64,000 bases of DNA from Paragordius varius (lineage: Eukaryota > Animalia > Nematomorpha), in NCBI GenBank assembly GCA_964247055.1, contig OZ176059.1, forward strand, positions 1,054,001-1,118,000. The letters are read 5' to 3'. The position numbers were made by a program, and so were the translations under genes. Shown one piece after another: positions 50,810-64,000 of the stretch. The notes beneath the pieces are model-generated. The model made no database searches. It worked only from the letters and a program-made list of their open reading frames with translations, and had not been told where the DNA came from. Numbering within the stretch: the first letter of the stretch is position 1; each line of letters starts with the position of its first letter.

Positions 50810-53800
50810 CTAATAATAACAGAAATATATTTTGATATAAAATAGGGAATAATTCGTTAATTTATATACCCATATATGGATCAGTTAAAATACTGATATT
50901 ATTATAAAGCACTGCTAAATATTAAATGTATAAAAGTTTTTGGAAATAAGGTTTAATATCACCTGTTTATAATAATGACTTTTCCAAAGTCATAAATGTG
51001 CTACTCTATTTTACCATTAGGTCCATGATTTTAGAATATTTCATTTGTTAAATAAAAGGCCCGTACCTTAAGATTAAACATAGTTTTATTGAATACAACA
51101 ATAACACATGGTTTTCCCATTAAATAGTAAACTAATTACTTCCTGATGCATATATACTATATAGTTAGTATTGGTCTGGACAAAAAGTGGTGTAGTTACA
51201 GACACTATACTTTGATAGAAAAAAAACCAGATTTTTAGTACACGTATAAATTGAATATTTTTGCCTGAATGCCTCTCAATTAACGATTAGGACGCATGCT
51301 TACGGAAAACAACTATACATATATCCACATTTTTTGTTTAATAGTACACCTACCTATTATAATTTAATGATAAGTTTTGCAAAACTTATGGTTGATTTGT
51401 TTCAAATATTTCAAGACATTTTATCTATAATAATAATTTTTCTATAAAATATGATTTTAATAAAATTATATTAATGTTACATAACTTTACAGGCGTATTT
51501 TTGCGTTGTGTATTGAAACGCTAATGTACATTTCCGGTTTGAATCTTTCAACGTTCTCAATATATACTTATGATTTTTTTTCGTTACTAAATGGTAGATG
51601 TGGCTTTTAACTATAACACTAACGTTTTCATTACATTAAGGGTAACACATTGGAAATCGAGAAATATGCAATAGTATTATAAAACTTTAAATCCCTAATA
51701 TAACGGATTACTTTACTTACATACATAAATTTGTACATCAATTTATGTTAACGTTAGAATCTCAAACAAAAAGACATTCCCTTGTATTTCATTCGTGAAA
51801 TTATAAAAAAAGAAAAAAATTAATTTTATTATAGCATAAAAATTCAGTATTCTGTATGTCATTGTGCAACGATCTATACAGAAAAAAAGACACGATATAC
51901 ATATATAATATATATTTATATATATATATATATTAATCTGGTATAATAAATTTTGTGCATTATATATAAACGCGGTAGCCACATGTTATTCATAATGAAT
52001 GATATGGTTAAAAATAAAATAAAATTTTATTTAATTTTAAAATTTTCATACATGATAATAACATTATTGTTTAAAAAATATTATTTTTGTGGTATTATCA
52101 TTTCAATGCAGGTAACATTTATCAAGGGGATTAAAAATTATATGTATATATGTTTAGTTTTTGTTATCAATTTTTGATTTTTATGGACAAAAATATATGT
52201 GTAATTTACAATATGGCATGGTCGCATGTAAACGCAAAAAAAGAGATAAGGATTAAAATAAAATTTTTAGTTTCAAATCTCGGCTTATTGAATATATTGA
52301 GTTATATTGCAGTTGCTATTTAATATTATGTATTTTTAATTACTAAAATTAAAATAAGGACGCTAAGTATTTTAATATATCATTAAAATGATTTAAGCCA
52401 TAAACAAAAATAAGAGTCTCCACAAAGTCTTCCGCTGTTATATTGATTAATTATTAAATGATTTAATATATTCAATACCACAATTCCTATTAATTTTAAA
52501 ATTTACTTTGATGACTCTTTAAAATATAAAAAAATAAACCACTCAGATTATATATATTTGAATATATGGAACTTTTGAATATATAGTAAATCTATTATAA
52601 AGCAATAATACTCTTATATTCAGTCCCCTTATATTTGCCGATCACGCGCCTAATTTTTCCTTGCCATTTATAATTTTTAATAAAATTATAATCTTATATA
52701 TATTGATAGATGGATAACAATATGGAATTTAATATTATACAATAAGTGATATATCATTTTATCAATGATATATACATTATGCACAATAATTGACAAGAAA
52801 GGCATTGCCCTTCTTTTAAATCATCAATCCCTTATTATAATGTTAGTGTTTAAATATTTATAATAACACTTATATACTCAAAGAGTGGCTTCTGATAAAA
52901 AAATTCATTATAAAGCCCGCCTAATATCTAGACTTTCAATCTACAATAAGTAAAAGAATTTTATAAGATCAAAAATCCATATAAATTTACCGAAAATACC
53001 CTCTTTCTATTGGACTAATTAAACAAAATATTGATTCAAAAAACACATTCTTATATGAAAACCAAAAAAATCCAACTAATTTTTTGAAATTCAAATCCAT
53101 TTATGCAAAATTGTTAATAAAAACGTTAATGTTTTCCTATTCTATTCATGATTGACGTGCTAATTAGTAACATATTGAATCTATCGGTAAAAAGAATGGG
53201 CCTCCAAAATATATTTGATATAAAAAACATGTCACTCGATTTAATTAACACAATAATACAGGCTAAATTAGAGACAGTATTGCACATTTGCCAATTAAGA
53301 ATTTTCAAAAAGCAACACCAGGCTTTTCAATTCCGATATATGTACCTACCTGTTTAATTATTTTTTTATAGAGCAACCTTTTAAGAGCTATTAATATATT
53401 TTAAAAAATTGCTACATTGTGCCGTTTTATATTTCCACGTTTTAGGAATCCTAATGTATATATATATATATATATATATATATGCTAAATGCAATATGAA
53501 ATATATATAGTCAACAATGTCACATATCCAAATATAATTATATAAATAAATTCTTTTACACCATATAACTTGGAAAATATTTATATAAAAGATGTATTAA
53601 TTTAATCTAAGATAGCTTTATAAAAAAATTATTATTATACATTTACTTTAAAAAGCATTTTCAAGTGGTTCTTAATGAAGGGTGCCACTTGTAATAAAAT
53701 TATATATTGAATTATGGCTTGGCTAATGCGTTTGTTTACATAAGCATATCATTCAAGGTAAAAAGATTTAATGCAATAATTTTATAAAATTCATACAAAA

Positions 53801-56800
53801 ACTACAAACATATAATTACAGATTTTAACATTAATTATAAAATAGATATCGTTAAACTAATATTAAGGCAATTAAAAGTAAGAGTGTAAAATATTATGTT
53901 TGCTGACTTAAATTACTCAAAAATTTAAAAAAAGAAGCAATTTTGGGAAACCAAAATTTTAATATATTGTTTCACAAGATTTTATTATATTAGGTTATTA
54001 TGGGTTTGAATAATTTTAAAGATGATTAAACCAAATTAATCATACTTGATATTTGTAATGAATATCCACGATGAATATTACATAGCAATATATATGTGAA
54101 TAAAAACAATAATTTTAGGGCAAATTTTTTGGCATAATGTGTCATTTTAAATGATTAAAATAATTATTAGACTTTTGGAATAAATTCAAATTAAACGGGG
54201 TTACATAAATTTTGAATCATTTAAAACTAATAGGCGTATTTGGCAGACGATTATCCTCATAGCTAATTTGAATAATGTGATACATGCGACAATAATATCA
54301 AAGTGACCATGGTATGAAAGGAAAATTATGAAATAATTTTGAAATACGCAAATTTTTGGGAAAGTAACATTTAATATAATTTAAGGAATTAATTTTCGTC
54401 CAGCTTTGTGATATTGTATTGGATAAAAGCTAAAACTAAATGAAATTATAATTTAATTTTGAAAAAATATAGTAAAATTTTAATATTTTATTGTATAAGT
54501 AAATTATATTAATTTAATTATTTAGATATCGATGAAAAATGAAATACCAGAAAACAATCACAAAGAATGAACATATATGTATATGTATGTATAGACGAAA
54601 TAAAAACTAATAATATATGTAGCAAGAGAAAGGGAAAGTTGGTTTATACTTTTTTTATTGAGAATATTAAAAATATTATTTTTATTTTTATTATTATATT
54701 TAAATTTTGTTTTTACAAAAAAAATATACAAGAATCAATTGTGTGCAAACCTAACCCATGATCGGCTTAGGTTAAATATAGTTTATTAAAATGGGCCTTT
54801 ATAAAAAAATAATTGATTAAACACCAACGTATTTCAAAGTTTATGAAAATTAGTTTTTTATAGATATTCGGGTTAACGAAAAATTCTCAAAACTCAATAT
54901 CCAGGCTTTTAAAAACAATTTTCACATCCAATTAAAAAATGAATGCTTAATAACGTTTTAATTTGAGTTTGTGTTTGGAAATAGCCTAAACTCCCTTTTT
55001 GTTTTATATGTTTGCCAGCAACAATTAACATCTAAATACTAAATTTTAAATTCATCGGCATTATATAATTTAAAATTAATTATATAATGGTTAAATGGGT
55101 GCGGAAGTTAAAATTTTTTAATTCATGATTGTAATACTATATAAAATGTTATAATTAAAACATTTAGTTTATTATATTTGTGTGTTATTAATTTTATGAT
55201 AATAATAAACTTCCTTTTTTTACCGGCCGTGATTTTGAAAATACGTATTAAATATTGTCTTTTTCAAAAAATACTGATACAAAATTACATAAAGTTTTTA
55301 TTTTAAATCCCATATTTGTCAAATGGATAAGAATGTTTCTATTTAAAAAAAATTCCTATTCACACTTCAATTGTAGACTTAATTACTTTCACCGAGAAAA
55401 AAATTAATTTTTATTTTATTGAAACAAACATGTTGCATAGTATCATTATATATTATTATCAAATTTATGTATTTTTTATATTTAGAATATAATATATTGA
55501 CAACTATATTCAGAAGATAATTAATTAGCTTAATATAATGGACCAAAAAGTTTAACCGGCTGAATAAACAACAAAAAATTTCGCGATTAAAAGAAAATTT
55601 CATAAACTATAATTTAACAAAAAAGGACATCAAAAGTTATTTAATACAATATTAATTTTTGTGGTTTTTAACAAAATAGTTAATTTGACCATATACTTAA
55701 TCCCAAAAGCAAGCAAAAAATTAAATGATATTTAAATATATATATATGTATATATATTATACACATATATGGGTTATGTTCAAGTGATTTGAATATAATT
55801 TTACATTAGGCAGATGCCTGGCATTTTTAAACAGTGGTCATCGTGAGCAGTATGTACATATTGATAATTCCTAAAGCAAATATAACCTAAACTTTACTTT
55901 ATGTTAAGTTTTGGTTAATATATATGCATTATAGAAACTCTATATATTTTAGAAAAATTAAAATTTATTTTAAATATATAAACGTATCTAATTAAATCCA
56001 TATGAGTCGGCATATTTAATAATCTTTAACATAAACCAAACAAAAACTAATTACAGTAAAATAATGTATAAAAGAATCAAAAACGATCTCTCTCAGAAGC
56101 TTTGTGTCACGTATTGTTGATAAATTTTGGATATTTTTTTATATCGAAAAATATTATAAAGTAATTTTAATTATTTAATTAAAATACGATATTTGGTCCG
56201 TTTAATGAACTACGTAATTCAATACAAATAATATATGCTATTATGCTTAAATCACGTAGTTTAAAACCCATCAAACAAAGAAAATATATAAAAATACTAA
56301 ATACGATTATATATTTTGTGGCCTAATAGGTAATGAATATTTTTGAAAATTATATTTTTTAATTAATATTTTTTATTTAAATATATATTTATCGGTTGTG
56401 TCTCTCACGCTATATAATATTTTATCTATAAAAAAACACCTACCTTATTGGCAGGTTAATTTAATACGTGCTATTTTTTGTTTTTAAGAAATTCAAATAG
56501 GATTGATATTTATTATTGCTAATATCACTTTCAATTTTATTTATTTATTTATTTAATATTTTGTTATATTTAAAAATTTAAAATTTAAACCATAATGAAA
56601 TAAAATATTTTATACATAGGAAATTTGTAAAGTAATGTAAAGTAAATAAAAAATGTGTCAGGCAGGTTAAATAAAGAAATTACAATTTGTACTTTACAAA
56701 AAATGTATTTTACATTTTGCAAACAATACCAAACTTTAATATATATGTATGTATTAATGATTGGTAAAAAATATTACAGTATGTATTCACCATGGTAGAC

Positions 56801-59284
56801 CATACCTAGGTTTTAGATGTTGTATTGGTTACACTTTCTCAAGATATATAAATTGTTAGTTTAAATAAATATGTTATATAATATCAATTGTTAATATATA
56901 TAATTTTAAATTATAGATATAAATTATTTAGAAATTTTATTTTAAAATACATGCAACCGTAGGGAATGTAATATAAGTTTAATTTTAAAATTATCCGAAA
57001 TCAGCAGCTTTAACAACCTTTCAGACTAGTTGAGAACTTACAATTATTTTACAACTGTGAAATGATATACCTGGTTTCATTGTCATTTATCATGGTAATC
57101 ATTTGAGTTTACGTCTGTATACCTTACTGATTATATACAAGTCGTAAGTTAATGGCTAAAGAAAAAATATTATTAATCACTTACCTTCTTAATTCAAAAT
57201 ATAATCGGATTGTTGTTGGTTTGGATTAAATTATTAATCCTTTTTACTGCAACTTTAGCACACATAGACATATATACATATTACAGGTGCGTATAGTATA
57301 AATCAAATTTTGTCCTTAATTAAACAAACAAAACTAAAGCTCTGGGATAGAAAAAAAAATGTTTAAATTCAACCATTTAGTTGTTTTTTACTACTACACA
57401 TAAAAATAAATATAATGTACTAATTTTCATAAATTTGTAAGTCAACTAACTCTCTTTGACATCATCTATGTTTCATACTTTATATATGGGAGAAATTATA
57501 AGTTTGTGTCGTGTTATCTGATTAGATTACAGGAGATCATGGATTATACATATACATATACATATATATAGGCCATAAATTAACTTTTCCTGTGCAAAAT
57601 AGTGTGATTTATGGAAAATTACCTGTATGTTTGACTTTATAATTTAGATTTATTATAAATTAGTTAAAATTAATGATATATTTTTTTAAATTTGTTAAAC
57701 TAAATTTTTCTTTATAAGAATAAAAACGCTAAAACAATAAATTAAATAACTTCCAATTTTTATACTTTAATTATTTTTATATAGCCGGTACCACTGACGG
57801 CTAACTACTTCATGACAGACAGACTTTATATACAAAATATCGTTTTTTTCAATATTTTTATGAATTTCTGTTATGTTGTTTTATATATGGTATTTTAACT
57901 TGGTGGCTATAGCCTAAAATTGGCTAGAGCACTAGAAAGAAAGCATAAAAAAGGACGGAACATAAAAACAAAAATCAATATTGCTTGTGTTTCACCCCTC
58001 CCTAACATAACCATTACATTTGGCCTAGCCACCTATTCTAACAGCTAAATATATATATATATATATATATATTATAGTACATTATTGATAAAAATTCTTT
58101 ACGCACACATTTAATGTCCCGTTGACCATTTATATCACTAAAAGAGGATTGGAACAATAATTAGTGTAAAATAGATTGGAATATATTTTTTTTATATAAA
58201 ATAATATCGCTTATAAAACAAATTTTTTATGCAAATTGTAAAAAGGTAGGGTAAATAGTGATGGCCGTATTTAAATTAAAATAAGAAATCTTATATAAAA
58301 CACCCAAAAAATATCTACGATTTGGCCACCAAGACTGTTAATTAAGAAAGTAAGGAAATCAGCTTATCAGATAAGTCTAATTTGAAACGCCCTAGTTCTA
58401 TTTGCCATGATTTTTTTATTAATTAATGGATTTAAAGGTCTATGTATCTGGTTAATTATTTTAAACCTAACTATCGTCATATTTTCAATTAAAAATATGA
58501 TATGTTTGTTTATGATATACAAATAATCATTGATTTGGGCAGACACGATAACTTATATTGCATAATACCAATACCTATGCAATTCATTAATATGAGTAAG
58601 GTAGTCCTAATAGGCTCGAAGTTGATTATAATTTTAATTCCGTTTTAGTGACTATTTTCAATGTTAACACAGTTTGTATTTATAAAATACTATCGATTTC
58701 GATCATATTTATAAATTTTTTTCGCTCTCGGTTTTCATGGAACCCATTTTATTATTTAAAAAATATAAATTTTTATTAAAAATTAAGAAGCTGTTTTTCA
58801 TAGTAATTGTATAACAAATTCTAAAATATAAAGTCTTTTGTATCCTAAATGCGCCGTCTACATATTAACGCAAAACCCATGATTATGAGATAAAAAATAG
58901 ATGTACTAAAAATGCTAAATTTCAAATGAAATATTGCATCATGGAATTCGTAAAAAATATGTCTACATCTAATAAAAACAGCCTTACATTTGTGCCGCTG
59001 AAGATATCTAGCCCCTCTTTTTAACGTTAAATTTAAATTTAAGGCAAAACTCTAAGATTTTAAAATATTTCGCCGTTTACAGAACCTCAGAAATCAATGC
59101 AATATAAGTCTTGATGAGGCTAAGTTATGATAAAACCCTTTATATGTAGCTAAAGTTTTTAAACTGTATTAAAATTTTTTTTCGCAGAATCGCGGATTTT
59201 TTGCGTTAATAAGCACAGGAGCGCATTCTGTACAAATTATGAAGAAAATTATTATTTTTTATAGTGAAATATAATAGTTTACAG

Positions 59285-59537
59285 CAGGGGAGTCTAACAC
59301 GCCGCCCCCAATAACATTATGTGCGGCCCGCGAACAATTTGAATATCCACATTTTGTACAAAATTATGCCCATAAATCGTAAAAATCATATTTCTTAAGT
59401 TAGCCATCCAATAACAAACAAAAAAATATTGTTTTCTGTTTTCATTTTACAGTCTTATGCTTGATATCAAATAAATATCTATCAATGCCTATATATTTTA
59501 AATGAGGCCCACAAAATCATTTGTGCTGACACCCTTG
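59285..59537. mobile_element. Non-autonomous hAT MITE; related copy at about 62987-63240
   Basis: Termini caggggagtc/gacacccttg, TSD gtttacag/ttttacag, internal gcggcccgcg motif. Confidence 0.75.
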
Positions 59538-62500
59538 TTTTACAGCATACATTAACAAACTATTTTTTAGTTGAAATATTCCGCTTATTTAAATTATATA
59601 TATTTAAAGCATTGTAAGTGGATTTAGTGGTTTTATGCAAATGATGATCCATGCGTTTTTTAATCTAAAAACCGTATACATAGTTTGACTAAATATTATG
59701 TTTATTATTTTAGCAAATGCGTAAAGGGGGGATCTAACTAAATCCGAATTTTGCACATAATGCTAAACAGGTGTTTATATTTTTTGGTATATTAAAAATA
59801 TTGCATGAATTACATAAAAATTAAAACAAAATTAAAAGTTGTACACCAAAGGAGTGTGATGTCTTTTTTAGACAAAAATTTATTTCCACTTAATTTATTA
59901 TAATAATATTACTTTATTCTTATTATACCTGACTGAACAATGTTACAATACAATTTTGGGTAGATTACTAATTTAGGAACTTATATAATATTTGTATTTC
60001 GACATAATTATAGGGCAGATGTTATTTTATCCAAAATTTAGAAATATCCATTTGTTACTTTTTATTAGGTTTGAATAGAAAAAATGAATTATTTATACTA
60101 TTATTTTATAACGTAACTCAAGACAAATGATTAATTTATTATTGTTTTCATAATTAATTTCAACCGAGCTGTTGATGGATTAAGTGTTAACTAAATTGTT
60201 TTGAAATACATGCACTCAAAAGATATTTATACATGAAAATATCAACGCTTACAAAAAAAGATAATATCATCTTGGATAGAAAATTTAAACTTTGAAACAC
60301 TTTTAATTAATATATAATTGAGTTTTGATATTTAAAACATATTTTCTGGCCATATTTGGTGTCAAATTTAAGAATTTAGTATTATAAAATTTAACAATTA
60401 TGTAATGATCAAACTGGCCATATGTAGGAAGTTTAAATGTTCATAATAGTAATCTTTAACTAAAAAATTGATGCTCAAATATTTTGAAATATATATATTT
60501 AATATAATTGTCTAAAAACAGGAAATCTCATTACATCGTAGAAATCTTATAATTACATTATATTACAATTTGGTTACAATTGAATAGGCAAGGTGGTGTT
60601 TATACATTACATCCATTTATATAGAAATAAATAAATATGAAATAAAACCTGTTGTCCAATTTTATTTGTTGCTACAATATTGTGAGGGGATGTAATTTTA
60701 ATTTCCTTTTTTTTACAAAATTGTAAAACTTAGTTTGTCTCACTTCACCTGTGAGACAGCGTGCTGACAAATTTGAGTTAAATAGTATACATATAATGTG
60801 TTAAATTACAACCATACTGTGTAATTATTATGATGAAGGTATAAATATTTGCGGTTCATTACATTCATTTTCAGTGTATATTTCATACCACCACCACTTA
60901 CTTTGTTTTGGATTTATTTTTTATTAATAGCGAGAATAAATTGTAATTAACTACTAGTCTAGAACGATTAAAAATACTATACATGTATAACCTATCTTGT
61001 ATGATATAGTCTAATGTCGATAGGAGGTATTCGAATATTTATATTCACGTTTGTTTTAATCTATATATAAAATATTTTGCTTAATTATTAACCTTTTAGG
61101 TTTTAAAACCCTAGAGAACACAAGTGCAACCACAATTTTACTTCTCTACACCATTGATTATACAAGGTAAAAATTTAGAGCATACCCTAAATCATAATTT
61201 GTAGTACTCTCTCCACTGCCTCAAAGATTTAAAATGACCAATTTGCTACAAAAGACACGATTTAAGATCATCAGGCAGAACCCGTTCTATGTCATTTCTT
61301 ATATTTCTGATTCTGTTTTCGGTCTACTAATCTATTTGGATCAAACCATTGGTATATAATTGATTACGGACAAAATTAGTGAATCATATTCAATCTGAAA
61401 TTCTATGAGACTGACGGTCTTAAAAGTTATACAGGATTATGAGTTAAACAAAAAACGTATGACTAACCTATTAACAGTCTGTGTTAATTCAAGAGATGCC
61501 CTTTTTGAAATATGTGTTACAGTCATGTATCCTTTTTATCAAAAATTTATTTTTTTTTCGTTAAATGGGTATAAATATTTGGTAGAGAATGGAAAAAACA
61601 AGAGCTCTATGGTATTAACAATACACCATATTCATCAAAAAAGTATAAGAATTACCATATAGCTCTTGTTTATTCCATTCTCTACCAAATATTTATACCC
61701 ATTTAAGGAAAAAAAAATTTTTGATAAAATAAAGGATACATGACTGTATAATGAGAATTGGAGATTGATATTATATAAATTAGATTTCTGTCTCTTTTTG
61801 ACATTGTTATAATTTAACATAATTTTTTAGCAAATGAAATAATATTGAGCTCTTAAAATATACCATTTGCACTTCAAGAGTGTCCTAATTTCAAATTGGT
61901 CCTTGAACACTACAAGTTGGTCTTTTGACTTTTGTTGTTTTTAACTTTTATCAATCAAATCGTATATTATACATCTATTTTATTGTAACCTAATTTCTAT
62001 CATTTAATGTAAATTTTAAATCAATATCAACTTTTAATCATTTGGAAACCGTATCTATTTATTTATTTCTTGCAATTATTTTGGATATTTATAATATTTT
62101 AAAACGTAATTAAAAATTATATAAGTTTTCTGGGTTATTTTTACAATTTTCATTGAAAACATTTAAAAGTTAATAATATTGTTAAATTATAAAAAATTTA
62201 TTTGAAACAAAAAAGTGGTTTTTGAATATAATTTTTTATTTTTAAATGAAGAAATATATAAAAAATGATGAAAATTAAGTTAACAAATAGTAAAATAAAA
62301 AAACAAATGCCAAAATTATGGTTATAAAAAACATAAATATTACAACTTGAAGTGTTCAAGGAACAAACTTGAAGTGTACAAGGACCAACTTGAAATGTTC
62401 AAGGACCAATTTGAAGTGAAAATGGTATATTTATTTGAAGGACTTTCTAGACGATTTTTTTCTTGTAAAAAAGTTATTTTTTTTTAAATTTTAATGCCAA

Positions 62501-62759
62501 CCAGTAACATATCATATTTCTCAATTAAAAAGAAATTTGTTCGTAAAATGTTTATATAATCCTGTTTTTTCCCAAAAAGAGGAAAATACTAAGGTGATAT
62601 AATTATTTTTAAATTAAAAATTTAGAGTCAATTAAATTTATTAACATAGCCACAAATAAAAATTATCTTTAAATTTATCCATAAATACCATATTTTAATA
62701 TGTGTGTTGTATTATTTGTCACAATTTTAGGATTTGTTTTACACTCCAAGTATAATCAA

Positions 62760-63936
62760 TTAAAACGGCCATATGGTAGCTAACAATTTTTGACGAAAAG
62801 CTGTATCAAAGTAGAAGTAAATGAAAAAATTATACAGTAGAGCCATGGTGTAAAAGAATACAAGAGATTTATCCACTATTTTATTATTGAGAAATGAGAT
62901 TCGGTCATATTTCAATGTCTGTTTAATGTATATATATATATATAATATATATCGCATATCAAATTTTGTTGAAAAAATTTTAAAACAGGAGTGTTCAACA
63001 CAAATGGCTTCTCAGGCCGCATTTTTGACTCAGAAAGACGAAGGGACGCATTCGAAATAAATATTAAATATATTATTAGATATCAGATATAAGACTGTAA
63101 AATGTATACACAATTCAATAATTTTGTCCAGTTAGTTGCCAAATGGATAGAATTATTATCGATTTGCAAAGATTTTGTGAGCATATTCCTGCAAACTATG
63201 TTTATTCAAAATTTTCGCGGGCTGCGTGCCGGACACCCCTGGATAAGAATTATTATGGTTTTTTATAAAATTGGTGGTCTGCTTGCACATAAGGAAAATA
63301 ATTGTAAGTAATAAGTATAAATTAGTTTCGATATAAAGCCCCCACAAAGCTTGACTATAAAACAATTGTTTTGGAAGCAAAATTCTAAATCGTTGGCCTT
63401 TTAAATGATGCATTTAAAACGTAGGACCCATATTCCAATCCTATTATTTTATAAAGATTAATATTTTTGTTCTTTGATACTACACACTTATTTTTATGAT
63501 CAGATTCTTGTAATACATTTATGATTTACTTAAAAATAAGTATTCATTCTTGTACATTTCGTAAATTAAAAAAATTATTTTTAGAAATAATAACATCAAT
63601 TATGAATACGATAAAGTATGGGACCCAAGTGAACAAATACGATATCGTTGATATCAATAACGAATATATGACATTCTTTATCTTTTGATGACTGACTTGT
63701 CTTTTATGCATAACATATATACCAGATTTGATTACAGCGGTTTCATTAGGCCCAGCAGAATTTCCTGTAGGCGGGAAACTCATCACACTACTTATTTTAT
63801 GTGAATCAACATTAGTTTTTGTAATCATATTATTAATATTTTTATTATCAACGAAATTATTGGTGTTATCGTAAAAACCTTGAGCCGAAAGGACAACATC
63901 ACCTCTTGTAACAGAAGATAGAGTGGCCAGCATTTT
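62760..63936 (-). CDS. Class A (rhodopsin-like) GPCR, 3' part (ICL3, TM6, TM7, helix 8); 5' end lies beyond the window
   Basis: Exon 63936-63556 (YSLLISTISYLFTWVPYFIVFII) joins in phase 0 to exon 62918-62760 (LLYNFFIYFYFDTAFRQKLL...*). Confidence 0.8.
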
Positions 63937-64000
63937 CTAAACAATTACGGTATGAGAGTAAGTATATATTGCTGGAAAATTATTAATTATTGCCAAATAG

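Larger units (their letters stand above)
19487..58052. repeat. Dispersed (TA)n microsatellites (range spans first to last listed)
   Basis: Runs at about 19487, 19976, 22478, 29727, 30855, 35531, 36132, 46730, 46886, 53456 and 58029; several host MITE insertions. Confidence 0.95.

Noticed and set aside
60730-60760. Small hairpin tgtctcac/gtgagaca
   Set aside because: An 8-bp stem is expected by chance; no RNA family motif.
51000-61500. Short ORFs and intron-like motifs (for example 57100-57290) as DDR first exons or separate genes
   Set aside because: No signal peptide with a phase-1 donor and no recognisable protein; treated as unresolved AT-rich upstream sequence.

Overview
Very AT-rich animal (metazoan) genomic DNA with spliceosomal introns; the organism cannot be identified from sequence alone. 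Host genes, rebuilt by hand from GT-AG junctions and reading phase: SELENOF/Sep15 (+, 7863-8371; in-frame TGA selenocysteine, SECIS, 24-26 nt introns); a 17-exon BRCA2 (+, 15993-39424; about 1640 aa, two BRC repeats); a convergent discoidin-domain-receptor-like gene (-, 39995-50809) that appears to lack its kinase domain; and the 3' end of a class A GPCR (-, 62760-63936). The first 5 kb holds the most notable structure. It is a decayed endogenous negative-strand RNA virus fragment: a nucleoprotein-like gene, an upstream viral ORF and an intact TAT-A7-GC-AACAG gene junction. The fragment is arranged as an inverted repeat with arms of about 1.17 kb, each arm running into a different retroelement RT fragment (Gypsy on the left, RTE-like LINE on the right). 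Other retroelement remnants (Gypsy integrase/LTR, Gypsy gag, Penelope) are also inverted-duplicated. Introns contain many TA-targeting foldback MITEs and hAT elements. All family assignments come from motif recognition, not database searches.
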